The notes beneath the pieces are model-generated. The model ran no database searches. It had not been told where the DNA came from and saw only the letters and a program-made list of their open reading frames with translations. Position numbers and translations under genes: made by a program. Source: Halarcobacter sp. (lineage in GTDB: Bacteria; Campylobacterota; Campylobacteria; Campylobacterales; Arcobacteraceae). Taken from it: DNA of 64,000 nt. The stretch's first letter is position 1. Each line of letters starts with the position of its first letter. Shown here piece after piece: positions 40,002 to 50,394 of this stretch. Location: NCBI GenBank assembly GCA_048571215.1, contig CP182352.1, positions 2,208,001-2,272,000 on the forward strand, given 5' to 3'.

Positions 40002-40361
40002 ATGAATTTAAATAATTTACCAACAAAATTTAAACTAACCACTGCTAGAAAAGAGATTCTAGAGATTTTTATTAAAGCTAATAAGCCATTAAGTTATGAA
40101 GATATAAAAGATAAACTTAATATGGATAAAGCTACTTTTTATAGAAATATTATTAAGTTTGAAAATGAAGATATCATAAACTCATTTGAATCAAATGACA
40201 AAAAAAGATATTTTGAGATTTTAAATAAACAACACTCACACTTCATATGTACTGTCTGCTCAAAAATAGAGTGTATACATGAGAAGCTTGATATTGATAT
40301 TAAAGGTCATCAAATAGATAATATTATTATAAAGGGTATCTGCCCTAATTGTTTAAAATAA
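40002..40361 (+). CDS. Fur-family regulator (probably Zur)
   Basis: TARKEIL, ATFYRN, HSHFICTVC, C-terminal CPNC. Confidence 0.9.
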   Translation: MNLNNLPTKFKLTTARKEILEIFIKANKPLSYEDIKDKLNMDKATFYRNIIKFENEDIINSFESNDKKRYFEILNKQHSHFICTVCSKIECIHEKLDIDIKGHQIDNIIIKGICPNCLK

Positions 40362-40370
40362 AGGAAAAAA

Positions 40371-41654
40371 ATGATAGTAGATAAATTGATAACTTTAAAT
40401 AGGTTTATCAATAAAGAAGCTCTAAGTGGTATTTTACTTTTTTTAGCAACTGTTGCTGCTGTAATAGTTGCAAATTCAAGTTTAGGGCAAGCATACTATG
40501 ACCTGTGGCATCTACCACTTGGTATAAATATTGGTGAAATATCAATCTCAATGACTTTAACATATTGGATTGATGATGCTTTAATGGCACTATTTTTCTT
40601 AATGGTTGGATTAGAGATAAAAAGAGAGATGCTAATAGGTGAGCTTTCATCTGTTGCAAAAGCCTCTTTCCCAATTATAGCTGCAATTGGGGGTATGGCT
40701 ATACCTGCATTAATTTATGTAGGCTTAAACCCATCTAATCCTCTTGGATTTGGTATACCTATGGCTACAGATATAGCTTTTGCTTTAGGTATCTTGATGC
40801 TTTTAGGTACAAGAGTTAACCCTGCACTAAAACTATTTTTAGTTGCCCTTGCTGTTGTTGATGACTTAGGGGCTGTATTAGTTGTAGCCACTGTTTATAC
40901 AAGTGAAATACATAGTGAATATTTTTTACATGCAGGAGTTATTTATGCTTTAATTTGGGCACTAAACTTTAAAGGTGTTACTAAATTAGCCCCTTATTTA
41001 GTATTAGGGATATTCTTATGGATATATATTCATGCTATTGGAATACATGCTACTGTTGCAGGTGTATTATTAGCATTTGCAATACCAATTAAATCAAAAA
41101 TCAATGAGAAAGAATTTATTGAAAACTCAAGGGAAGATATAGATGCCTTTGAAAAACATATAGACAAATCAGAAATTTTAAACCATCATCAAATAGATAA
41201 CTTGGAAAATATAGCTTATAACTACGATAAGGTACAAAATCCCTTAGTAAGGTTAGAACACAACCTACATGGAATATCTGCATTTTTTATTATGCCTTTA
41301 TTTGCCTTTTCAAATGCAGGAGTTTTAATTGACTTTTCAACAGTAAGTGCAAACCTAATGGTAGTTCTAGGTGTAGTATTTGGTTTACTACTAGGAAAAC
41401 CAATAGGTATTTTAGGTTTTACTTATTTAGCAACTAAATTTAAAATAGTAAAAAAACCTGATAATATCTCTTGGAGTGAAATCTTAGCAGTTGGTTTTTT
41501 AGGTGGAATAGGTTTTACAATGTCAATATTTATTACCCACTTAGCATTTATAGATGAAAATTTAATTAGTGCAGTAAAACTTGGAGTTTTTGCAGCTTCC
41601 TTTATAGCAGCGATTATTGGAGTTATTTTAATCCTTAGATTAAAAAAGAATTAA
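40371..41654 (+). CDS. nhaA: Na+/H+ antiporter NhaA
   Basis: GLEIKRE, PMATDIAFALG, LAVVDDLGA, GIGFTMSIF. Confidence 0.95.
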   Translation: MIVDKLITLNRFINKEALSGILLFLATVAAVIVANSSLGQAYYDLWHLPLGINIGEISISMTLTYWIDDALMALFFLMVGLEIKREMLIGELSSVAKASFPIIAAIGGMAIPALIYVGLNPSNPLGFGIPMATDIAFALGILMLLGTRVNPALKLFLVALAVVDDLGAVLVVATVYTSEIHSEYFLHAGVIYALIWALNFKGVTKLAPYLVLGIFLWIYIHAIGIHATVAGVLLAFAIPIKSKINEKEFIENSREDIDAFEKHIDKSEILNHHQIDNLENIAYNYDKVQNPLVRLEHNLHGISAFFIMPLFAFSNAGVLIDFSTVSANLMVVLGVVFGLLLGKPIGILGFTYLATKFKIVKKPDNISWSEILAVGFLGGIGFTMSIFITHLAFIDENLISAVKLGVFAASFIAAIIGVILILRLKKN

Positions 41655-41706
41655 CATTAATTTAACACACAAACTTTATAATTACTGAAAAAAAGGAATT
41701 AATTAT

Positions 41707-42198
41707 ATGAAAAGTAGTAAATTAGTATCAACATTGAAGATTTTAACTTTATCTTCGATTTTTGCAGTATCTGCACTTATGGCTTCACAAGTAGAGATTG
41801 AAGATGCTTATGTTAGAGCAACACCTCCAGGACTTCCTAACTCAGCAGCATTTTTAACAATAAAAAATGAGTCTGATAAAGATGTATCTATATTAAATGC
41901 ATTCTCAAAAGTTTCAAAAGTAGTTGAACTTCATACACATGATATGAAAGATGGTGTTATGAAAATGTATCGTGTTGAGAAAATAGATGTACCTGCAAAA
42001 GGGCAAACTGTACTTAAACCTGGTGGATATCACATAATGTTAATTGGTCTAAATAAAGCTTTAAAAGTTGGAGAAGATGTAACTTTTTCTTTAGAACTTT
42101 CAAATGGTGAAACTCTTACTATTGTTGCTCCTGTTAAAACTGTTATGTCAGGGATGAAACATAATGGAAACAAAATGATGATGGGTTCAAAAAAATAA
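41707..42198 (+). CDS. PCu(A)C copper chaperone
   Basis: VELHTH...GVMKM...LKPGGYHIML. Confidence 0.9.
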   Translation: MKSSKLVSTLKILTLSSIFAVSALMASQVEIEDAYVRATPPGLPNSAAFLTIKNESDKDVSILNAFSKVSKVVELHTHDMKDGVMKMYRVEKIDVPAKGQTVLKPGGYHIMLIGLNKALKVGEDVTFSLELSNGETLTIVAPVKTVMSGMKHNGNKMMMGSKK

Positions 42199-42201
42199 AT
42201 T

Positions 42202-42687
42202 ATGTCAAAAGAGAAAAATAAGTTAAGAAGTACAATAGTTCAAATTGCTATTGTACTTTTTATAGTAGTTGGATATTTTTTGATTGACTTTAACGCTCTT
42301 TATCAGTCATTTAAGGGTGAAGCTCAACTTGTAACACAAAATAAAGAGTGTGACTTACACAAAAGTTCTTGTAGTATAAAAATACAAGATGGTACAACCT
42401 TTGAACTAACAGTATCACCTAAAACAATCCCATTAATGGAACCTATAAAATTCTTTATCAAAAGCAATAAGCCTGATTTAAAAGATTTGTATATAAATAT
42501 TTATGCTACAAATATGTTTATGGGTGATTTTAATATTCCCCTTAAAAATTTAGGAAATGGGAATTATCAAGCCATTGCTACACTACCAACTTGCCCAGTT
42601 GGAAATATGGAATGGAATGGGGATATAAAAATAGAACAATTTAATAAAACAATTGGAGCTAGATTCCAATTTAAAACGGATATATAA
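42202..42687 (+). CDS. hypothetical exported protein in a copper-assembly operon
   Basis: N-terminal TM, CDLHKSSC, NMFMG, LPTC. Confidence 0.75.
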   Translation: MSKEKNKLRSTIVQIAIVLFIVVGYFLIDFNALYQSFKGEAQLVTQNKECDLHKSSCSIKIQDGTTFELTVSPKTIPLMEPIKFFIKSNKPDLKDLYINIYATNMFMGDFNIPLKNLGNGNYQAIATLPTCPVGNMEWNGDIKIEQFNKTIGARFQFKTDI

Positions 42688-43259
42688 TGAAGATATTTTT
42701 AAGACTAGGTATTATTTTTATTGTGGCAGTTGTTTTAATATCACTATTGAAACCATTTGTTGATGATTATAGAGAAGCCCAAAAATATGATTTTAAAGTT
42801 AATACTGCTGATGGACCTATTACTAAAAAAAGTTTCATTGGAAAACCTTTGGCTGTATATTTTGGATATAGTTATTGTCCAGATGTTTGTCCAACCTCAT
42901 TGAGTTCACTAGCTCAAGCATTAGATAGTTTTGATAAAGAAAAAACAAAAGATTTTGTAGGTTTATTTATAAGTGTAGACCCAGATAGAGATACCCTAGA
43001 AAACCTAAAACAATACGCTGGATATTTCCATCCAAACTTTATTGGGGCAACATCAAATAAAGAGAATATTGATGATATAACAAAAAGATATGGTACTTAT
43101 TATCAAAAAGTTCAATTAGATGATTCGGCTATTGGATATTCAGTAGCTCACACTTCTTTTATATATCTATTTGATAGAGATGGTAAATTTAGAGGAAAAG
43201 TCGATCACTTTTCAGACCCCGCACAAATCAAAATTAAATTAAAAGAGATTTTAGAATAG
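42687..43259 (+). CDS. SCO1/SenC-family protein
   Basis: YFGYSYCPDVCP, ISVDPDRD, AHTSFIYL. Confidence 0.93.
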   Translation: MKIFLRLGIIFIVAVVLISLLKPFVDDYREAQKYDFKVNTADGPITKKSFIGKPLAVYFGYSYCPDVCPTSLSSLAQALDSFDKEKTKDFVGLFISVDPDRDTLENLKQYAGYFHPNFIGATSNKENIDDITKRYGTYYQKVQLDDSAIGYSVAHTSFIYLFDRDGKFRGKVDHFSDPAQIKIKLKEILE

Positions 43260-43304
43260 CAATTTTATTCTATATCTCTTTTTCTATTTAGGTATAATCT
43301 ATTT

Positions 43305-44102
43305 ATGAAACTAAAATACCTAAAAGAGACTTTTTTTGAAAATATTCAAAACTCAAACGACAATTTTTCAAAACATTTCCATGATACGTATACTATTGGT
43401 ATAACCCATCAAGGTTTATTTAAATCAGTAAATGAAAACAAAGCTATTTTATCTTATAAAAATTCCACTAGGATTATAAACCCAGGTGAGGTTCATGGTG
43501 GTAACTCAAAATCTTGGAAATATACTAACTTTTATCCATCCCTTGAACTTATAAGTGATATTTACCAACAAATATTTTTTGAAAAAAAAATACCAATTTT
43601 CAAAGAACATATAATTGAAGATATATACCTTTACAAACTACTATTAGACTTTTTTGTAAGTACTTATAAAAATCAAGATAGTATGATAATTGAAACCAAT
43701 ATGATAACTGCCCTATCCTATTTAATAAAAAACTATACCCTAACAAAGATTGATGAGCCAGAGTTTTACAATAAAAAGATACTAAAAGATTCTATAGAAT
43801 ACATAAAAGATAGTTTAGAAACAAATATCTCCCTTGATACTTTAGCCTCAAACTCAAATCTTAGTAAATACCATTTCCTTAGAGTATTTAGAAACTCTAT
43901 TGGGATAACTCCACACCAATATATATTGATTCAAAAAATAGAAAAAAGTAAAGAGCTTATTTTAAAAGGTATGAATCTTAATGAAGTAGCTTATTCAACA
44001 GGCTTTAATGACCAATCTCATTTTATTAGAAATTTTAAAAGAATTTATGGTTATGTACCAAGTAAACTAAAACAAAACAGCAATTTTATTCTATACAAAT
44101 AA
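43305..44102 (+). CDS. AraC-family regulator
   Basis: HFHDTYTIG cupin region; SKYHFLRVF and GFNDQSHFIRNFK. Confidence 0.93.
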   Translation: MKLKYLKETFFENIQNSNDNFSKHFHDTYTIGITHQGLFKSVNENKAILSYKNSTRIINPGEVHGGNSKSWKYTNFYPSLELISDIYQQIFFEKKIPIFKEHIIEDIYLYKLLLDFFVSTYKNQDSMIIETNMITALSYLIKNYTLTKIDEPEFYNKKILKDSIEYIKDSLETNISLDTLASNSNLSKYHFLRVFRNSIGITPHQYILIQKIEKSKELILKGMNLNEVAYSTGFNDQSHFIRNFKRIYGYVPSKLKQNSNFILYK

Positions 44103-44140
44103 AAAATAATATATTAAACTTCCATAAAAAAGAATTTTAT

Positions 44141-45031
44141 ATGACAGATACAAATAAAAATATATTTTACTTCTTGCTATTTCTAGCAATGTTTGCTTGG
44201 GGAGCTTCTTGGGTTAATGTAAAAGTTTTAAGCTCATATATAAATGAGTTTGAAACCATGTTTTTTAGATTTTTCATAACTGCTATTACTATGATTCCAA
44301 TAATACTATATTTGAAAAAATCTTTTAAAATTGATTTAAAAAGTTTTCTCTTAGTTGTTGTTACAGCTATTGTATTTATCTTATATATGAAATATTTCTT
44401 TTTGGGAACAAAATATGGAACTGCAAGTTTAGGTGGAGCTTTTGTAACCACACTTATTCCTATAAATACTTTTCTAATCTTAGCATTTTTCAAAGAAAGA
44501 AAAATCACAAAAAAAGATGCCTTTGCTCTTTTTATAGGAGCTTTGGGAGTTATGACCATATTAAATGTTTGGTCTTTTAATAGTGAAGAGATTTTTTTAA
44601 AACAAAACTTTTATTTCATCTTAGCATCAATTTTTTGGCCTATAATTACAATATTAAGTTCTAAATCAAGCAAAATCTCCCCTATAGTATTTACCTTTTA
44701 TCTTTATTTAGTAACCTCGATACTAAATATACTATTTTTTGTAGATTTAACAACTATTGATTATGGAAGTTTTGATAAGATTTTTTATATAAATATCTTT
44801 ATACTTTCAATTATTTCTTCAACTTATGCAAATACAATATATTTTTTAGGTATTGAAAAACTAGGAGCTAGAGAAGTAAGTAGTTTTATATTTTTTGTTC
44901 CCTTTTCAGCGATAGTTTTAAGTGCTATTTTCTTAAAAGAGCACATAAACCTATCAATAATAATTGGTACAATTTTAACTATTACTGCTATAAAAATCTT
45001 AAATAATATAAAATTATTTAAGAGATTATAG
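44141..45031 (+). CDS. DMT/EamA-family transporter
   Basis: About 10 hydrophobic segments; WGASW motif. Confidence 0.88.
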   Translation: MTDTNKNIFYFLLFLAMFAWGASWVNVKVLSSYINEFETMFFRFFITAITMIPIILYLKKSFKIDLKSFLLVVVTAIVFILYMKYFFLGTKYGTASLGGAFVTTLIPINTFLILAFFKERKITKKDAFALFIGALGVMTILNVWSFNSEEIFLKQNFYFILASIFWPIITILSSKSSKISPIVFTFYLYLVTSILNILFFVDLTTIDYGSFDKIFYINIFILSIISSTYANTIYFLGIEKLGAREVSSFIFFVPFSAIVLSAIFLKEHINLSIIIGTILTITAIKILNNIKLFKRL

Positions 45032-45039
45032 CTAATAGT

Positions 45040-45747
45040 TTATCTTACATAAGAACCATTGTTAAAATCAACTGTTGTTCCATTTACATACTCTGGACAA
45101 TCAGTTGCTAGCCAAAAAATAACTTCAGCAGCTTCTTCAGGTTCTGCAAATCTTCCACAAGGAACTGCTTTTTTGAATTCTGCTTTTCTCTCTTCTGAGT
45201 TATCTTTTTGCATATCTGTTTCTACAGGACTTGGTGCAATACAATTTACTATAATCCCATGACTTCCAAGAAGTTTAGCAAAAATCTTTGTAGCATTTAT
45301 TAGTCCTGCTTTTGCAATTCCATACCAAATATCAGGATGACCTATTTGACCTGCAATAGAAGCTGTATTTACAATCCGTCCATAAGCTCTTTTTTTCATC
45401 CCTTCACTAAAAAGTGTGATTAACTCAACTGGTGCATACAAATCCACATTCATAATGTGCTCTTTTGCGTCTAAAGGATAATTATCATAGGTGTATTTTG
45501 GTTGCATATAACCTGCATTGTTAACAAGAACATCAATATCTCCCACCTCTTTTGCAAGCTCTTTAAGCCCTTGTATATTTGATAAATCATATTCAATTGT
45601 TTTTACTTTTGGATTATCTTTTAAAGGAAAATTAGAAAAATCTCTGGCTACAGCAATAACTTCAAAATCTACTTCTAAAAATTTTTTAACTACCTCTAAG
45701 CCTATACCTTTATTTCCCCCTGTAACTAAAACTCTATTTAACATCAT
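45040..45747 (-). CDS. short-chain dehydrogenase/reductase
   Basis: TGGNKGIG, NNAG, YGIAK. Confidence 0.92.
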   Translation of the reverse strand: MMLNRVLVTGGNKGIGLEVVKKFLEVDFEVIAVARDFSNFPLKDNPKVKTIEYDLSNIQGLKELAKEVGDIDVLVNNAGYMQPKYTYDNYPLDAKEHIMNVDLYAPVELITLFSEGMKKRAYGRIVNTASIAGQIGHPDIWYGIAKAGLINATKIFAKLLGSHGIIVNCIAPSPVETDMQKDNSEERKAEFKKAVPCGRFAEPEEAAEVIFWLATDCPEYVNGTTVDFNNGSYVR

Positions 45748-45853
45748 AATTCCTTTATATTTTTTTCTATTATAACAAGGATTTTAATAAATCCAAATGA
45801 TATATTTATGATTTTTTTAGTAATCTATAATAATAAATAAAAAAGGACAAGAG

Positions 45854-46552
45854 ATGAAAAAAATTTTGCTAACTATTTTTATAATTTCAAACATTTTTGC
45901 AATAGATTTAATAAAACTGCCATTAATGGAATTAAATGTAAATCACAAATACTCAAATGGCAAAGAGCAAGTTATCAATATAAAAAGGGAAGTAGATGAA
46001 GTTTGTTTAAATGTCCCAATAAATGTTGAAAACTTCCAAAGTGAAAATTTAGCATCATCAAAAGTTAATTCAAAATGTAAAAAAACTTTTATCACTACAC
46101 AAGGTCTTATCCAACCAATCACGTTTGATGAAAAAATTAAAACAGTTGGAGAACTTGAGGTTCTAAATTTTATTTTAGGAAAATCTTCAAAATACTCTTC
46201 AGAATATATATTAGTAGATAGTAGAACCAAAGATTGGTTTGATGCAGGAACAATCCCAAGTGCAGTAAATATCCCTTACAATGACTTAGATTATGATGAA
46301 GATTTCTTAGATGATTACAAAAAAGCTTATAAAAATCTTGGAGTTAAAGTATTAGGAAAAGATAAATTTGATTTTAAAAATGCAAAAACTGCAATCTTTT
46401 TTTGTAATGGTTCATGGTGTGGTCAATCTCCAAGGGCTATGAAAAAATTGATTAAAATAGGATATCCTAAAGAAAAAATGATGTGGTATAGGGGTGGAAT
46501 TGCAGCTTGGGCTGGTGTATCTTTGACTTTAACTAAAAATATAGGAAAATAA
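45854..46552 (+). CDS. secreted rhodanese-like protein
   Basis: Signal peptide, LVDSR, GTIPSAVNIP, FCNGSWCGQS, YRGG..W. Confidence 0.88.
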   Translation: MKKILLTIFIISNIFAIDLIKLPLMELNVNHKYSNGKEQVINIKREVDEVCLNVPINVENFQSENLASSKVNSKCKKTFITTQGLIQPITFDEKIKTVGELEVLNFILGKSSKYSSEYILVDSRTKDWFDAGTIPSAVNIPYNDLDYDEDFLDDYKKAYKNLGVKVLGKDKFDFKNAKTAIFFCNGSWCGQSPRAMKKLIKIGYPKEKMMWYRGGIAAWAGVSLTLTKNIGK

Positions 46553-46561
46553 TCCTATATT

Positions 46562-48166
46562 TTAGTTCTGATTAAAAAACTTTTTAAATGCAGCAGCTAT
46601 CTCTTCATTTGTAGCCTCTGCATTTGGTTTTAACTTCATAGGTAAAGTTTCTTTTTTAGATGGAGCTTTATTAAAAAGTTTATCTAAATTTATTTTATCT
46701 CCAAGTTTCTTTTTAATAGATTTTTTAATCTTGTCTTTTACTTTATTTTTAATAAAACTACTTGTATCAACTTTAATTTTTGGATCTTTTATTGAACCTT
46801 TAATTGTTGTATCAAAATTGTAATCTTTTATTTTAGTTTGAACAAGTGCGTTTATTGTTTGCTTTTCAGTATCTAGTGTACTACTTGGTACTACAATTCT
46901 TGTATAAGCACTTTGCATATCAATAACTGAATTTATAATGTTGTTATCAATATCACTTTTTAGATTTACACTTTCATATACCTCTTTTGTTATATCGAAT
47001 TTTGCAAATGTATTGATAATCGTAGAGAATTCATTTTTAATAAATTGACCATTGATTAGTTTTCCATCAACCTTACCAATTTTTGAAGCTAAATTATAAT
47101 CTATACTAACATCTGATTTTGAGGTAAATATTTCTGGATAATACATCATATGTAGTAAGTCTTTTATTTCTACATCTTTTATTGTTGCTTTAAAATCATT
47201 ATTAAGTAAATTGAAGTTTAATTTTCCACCAAATATTTCTGATAAACCGTCTATTGATAAACCATTTTTATCTTGTTTAATATTTCCATTTAAACTCAAA
47301 TTACCTCTCATCGCTGTTTGTGTTACATCGTATAGGTTCGCTAAATTTGGAACTTGGATTAAATAATCACTTGTAAAACTACTATCTTTTAAATCAAATA
47401 TTGCTTTTTTTATGTCAAAATTTGCCATTGATGTTTCAATACTTGCCATTGTTACAGCTTTAGTTTTAACTAAATTTGTTACAGCCTCCCCTTTAAAAGT
47501 TAAAGCTTTTACAAGTTTTTGATTAAAGTCTTTATTTACTAAAGTATTATTTACTAAGCCTTTAGAAAGTTTTGTAACAATTTTACCATCAAGATTTTTT
47601 ATATCTGCACTTTTAATATCACCCTCAATAGAAACAAAACCTGAAGCATATCTTGGTTGGTCTATTGTATACAATAACTCGTCAATTTTTGCATTTTTAA
47701 TAGTAAAGAAAATATTACTTGGTTTAAACTCAACTAAATTTATATCATACTTTGTATCACTTGACGCGAATTTACTAAGTCCAACTACTTTTGTTAGAGC
47801 TTTATCGCCTTTTACTGTACCGCTTGTAGAAAATGAACCATTTAATTTTTGTTTAGTTATATTTTGAAGTTTTGATAGATCTTTTATATTTATATCATAT
47901 TTTAAATCTACACTTTTTGATAAAAGTGCCAATTTACCCTCAATATTTATAATTGAATTATCATCAATTGTAGCTTTAAAAACTATATCACTAGTAGTTA
48001 ATTTAAAATCATTTACTTTTAAATTTACATCTTTTTGTCCCTCATTTACTTTTTGTTCTATCAAAGTTGCAACTAAAGAGTTACCCCCTGAGGTAAATAA
48101 AATCCAATAAGTACCCACTATAACAGTTACAATAAGAAATGTTAATCCGAAAAAAAGCTTCTTCAT
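46562..48166 (-). CDS. hypothetical AsmA-like envelope protein
   Basis: N-terminal TM anchor followed by repetitive beta-rich sequence. Confidence 0.65.
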   Translation of the reverse strand: MKKLFFGLTFLIVTVIVGTYWILFTSGGNSLVATLIEQKVNEGQKDVNLKVNDFKLTTSDIVFKATIDDNSIINIEGKLALLSKSVDLKYDINIKDLSKLQNITKQKLNGSFSTSGTVKGDKALTKVVGLSKFASSDTKYDINLVEFKPSNIFFTIKNAKIDELLYTIDQPRYASGFVSIEGDIKSADIKNLDGKIVTKLSKGLVNNTLVNKDFNQKLVKALTFKGEAVTNLVKTKAVTMASIETSMANFDIKKAIFDLKDSSFTSDYLIQVPNLANLYDVTQTAMRGNLSLNGNIKQDKNGLSIDGLSEIFGGKLNFNLLNNDFKATIKDVEIKDLLHMMYYPEIFTSKSDVSIDYNLASKIGKVDGKLINGQFIKNEFSTIINTFAKFDITKEVYESVNLKSDIDNNIINSVIDMQSAYTRIVVPSSTLDTEKQTINALVQTKIKDYNFDTTIKGSIKDPKIKVDTSSFIKNKVKDKIKKSIKKKLGDKINLDKLFNKAPSKKETLPMKLKPNAEATNEEIAAAFKKFFNQN

Positions 48167-48418
48167 AAAAATCCTTTTTTAAAATATCATCTATTATACT
48201 TTAAGTAAATTGAAATAACTATTATGTGTTACTTAAAGTAAACTTTTTGTAATTTTAATATGAAACTAATTAAGTTTTAACACACTATCGTGTATAATCT
48301 CAGCCGAACAAGGTGATAAGTAGGGAAATATTTGCATTTATGTAAGTATTGCTACAGTTTTCTGTGGTTACGCTATCCGAACAGACTTTGTAAAAAAATA
48401 TATTATAAGGAATCTAGA

Positions 48419-48733
48419 ATGAAAAAAATCGTTCTTTTAATGCTAGCTATTGCTGGTGCTGCTTTCGCTGCTGATGGTGCAGTTGCAAATGAAACTTTAA
48501 AAGCTTACTCTGTAGTTGCTGCAGGTATTGGTCTTGGTCTTGCTGCACTTGGTGGTGCTATCGGTATGGGTAACACTGCTGCTGCAACAATCGCTGGTAC
48601 TGCTAGAAACCCAGGTTTAGGTGGAAAATTAATGACAACTATGTTCATTGCTTTAGCGATGATCGAAGCACAAGTTATTTATGCACTTGTTGTTGCTATG
48701 ATTGCATTATATGCAAACCCATTCTTAGGGTAA
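48419..48733 (+). CDS. atpE: ATP synthase F0 subunit c
   Basis: GLAALGGAIGMG..ARNP..MFIALAMIEAQVIY; ATG 48419 with AAGGA RBS; N-terminal extension. Confidence 0.95.
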   Translation: MKKIVLLMLAIAGAAFAADGAVANETLKAYSVVAAGIGLGLAALGGAIGMGNTAAATIAGTARNPGLGGKLMTTMFIALAMIEAQVIYALVVAMIALYANPFLG

Positions 48734-48764
48734 TTTATAAAGCTACAGTTTTTATAAATACTTT

Positions 48765-48798
48765 AAAAGGTCAAGAGTTTTTCTCTTGACCTTTTTTT
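48765..48798. terminator. bidirectional intrinsic terminator
   Basis: AAAAGGTCAAGAG-loop-CTCTTGACCTTTTTTT. Confidence 0.85.
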
Positions 48799-48802
48799 AT
48801 CT

Positions 48803-49516
48803 CTAATAATTTATAGATTGAGCAAACTCATTTTCTAAATTTATTTTATCCTCTTCTAATCTTTGTTTTATAACTTTAGCAAAAGAATCAGGATATATCT
48901 CATATTCACTACTAGATAAGCCATTTATTGTGGCATTTACAATATCATTAGGTGAAGTTTTTGGCATTTGTAAATCTTTTGACATTGCAGTATCGATAGG
49001 ACCTGGTAACACTTCATATACTAATATATCTTTTGTTTTTAATTCTGCTCTTAAAGCCTGTGTTACAGAGTGTAAAGCACTTTTTGATGCACAATATAAA
49101 GCCATAATAGGAAGGTTTATCAATGCCAAAATAGATGATATATTTATAATAATTCCACCTTTATTTATATTACTAGATAAGATTCTGCAACTATTTAAAG
49201 TACCAAATAGATTTACATCAAAATCTATAGTTTCATCATCAAACAATCTTTTATCACTATTTGCACCTGCATTATTTACTAAAATATCTATTTTTTCAAT
49301 ACCTGTTATTACACTTTTAAATTGCTCTTTATTTGTAATATCTAATTGGATAAGTTCTATTTTATTTGAAAGCTTTTTTATAGAATCCAATTTGTTTATA
49401 TCTCTTGCTGCACAATATATTTTTTTAACATTCTGATTTAAAAACTCTTTTACAAACGCATTTCCTAAACCACCACTTGCTCCTGTAATAAATACAATTT
49501 TATTTTCTAAATTCAT
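48803..49516 (-). CDS. short-chain dehydrogenase/reductase
   Basis: TGASGGLG, NNAG, YCASK. Confidence 0.92.
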   Translation of the reverse strand: MNLENKIVFITGASGGLGNAFVKEFLNQNVKKIYCAARDINKLDSIKKLSNKIELIQLDITNKEQFKSVITGIEKIDILVNNAGANSDKRLFDDETIDFDVNLFGTLNSCRILSSNINKGGIIINISSILALINLPIMALYCASKSALHSVTQALRAELKTKDILVYEVLPGPIDTAMSKDLQMPKTSPNDIVNATINGLSSSEYEIYPDSFAKVIKQRLEEDKINLENEFAQSINY

Positions 49517-49525
49517 CTAATATCC

Positions 49526-49954
49526 TTAATCTTCTATATTTATATAAACTTTGTTTAATAATCTAATTAAACTTCTATACTCCTCTTCACTCAATCCCTT
49601 TGAAAGTAGTTGATTATATTCTTGTGATATTGGAACAACTTTTTCAACCAGCTCTTTTGCTTTTGGTGTTGGGGAAATATTCATAACCCTTCTATCTTCA
49701 CCATTTGATATACGAGTTAAGAAACCTTTTTTTTCAAGCCTATCAAGACTTCTTGTGATATTTGCTTGGTCTTTATAAGTACTATTTGCTAATTCTCTTT
49801 GGGTTAAACCAGGATTTTCAACAATCCTAAATATCAAAGACCACTGTTCAGGAGAGATATCAAACTCTTTAATCTTTTGATTAAAGCCTGTTTTCATGGC
49901 TAATGAGGTTCTATTTAAAACAAATCCTAAGGAATTATTCATATCAAATTTCAT
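49526..49954 (-). CDS. MarR-family regulator
   Basis: GLTQRELA..DQANITRSLDRLEKKG..EDRR; upstream palindrome ATTGTTATAACAAT near 50009. Confidence 0.92.
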   Translation of the reverse strand: MKFDMNNSLGFVLNRTSLAMKTGFNQKIKEFDISPEQWSLIFRIVENPGLTQRELANSTYKDQANITRSLDRLEKKGFLTRISNGEDRRVMNISPTPKAKELVEKVVPISQEYNQLLSKGLSEEEYRSLIRLLNKVYINIED

Positions 49955-50108
49955 GTTTACTCCTAAAATCTAACTATACAATTTTTAAAATTACTTGTCA
50001 AGACAATTATTGTTATAACAATCTTTTCTATGATTTTTCTTTTTAATAAAATATATAAGATTTTACTGCTATAATTCCCAACTTAAAAATTCAAATATTT
50101 TTTTATAT

Positions 50109-50192
50109 GCAGATGTGGTGGAATGGTAGACACGCGGGCTTGAGGGGCTCGTGCTTCACGGCGTGTGAGTTCAAATCTCATCATCTGCACCA
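50109..50192 (+). tRNA. tRNA-Leu(GAG)
   Basis: Full cloverleaf: GCAGATG acceptor, CGGGC-TTGAGGG-GCTCG anticodon arm, long variable arm, GTTCAAATC, CCA end. Confidence 0.93.
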
Positions 50193-50394
50193 TTCATTTT
50201 AGAACTACTTTTTTTGATAAAACAAACATAATATTAAGTAATTTTTCTCACTTTGACTAGTCTTAACTTATATTTAATTTGATACAAAGTCTACATCACT
50301 TTTTTTATTACAAAATTTATTTTTATTTATTGATTTATATTCTTTAATCGGGTGTTAATTTTTAGTCTTTAAAGCTATATATTAAAATATATTA

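Noticed and set aside
48332..48418. Longer TTG-started atpE in the track
   Set aside because: ATG 48419 has an AAGGA RBS and gives the expected protein; the upstream part looks like a structured leader.
50109..50192. tRNA as a possible UGA suppressor or as partner att site
   Set aside because: Anticodon is GAG (Leu), not TCA, and the sequence does not match the tRNA-Arg fragment at 32355.
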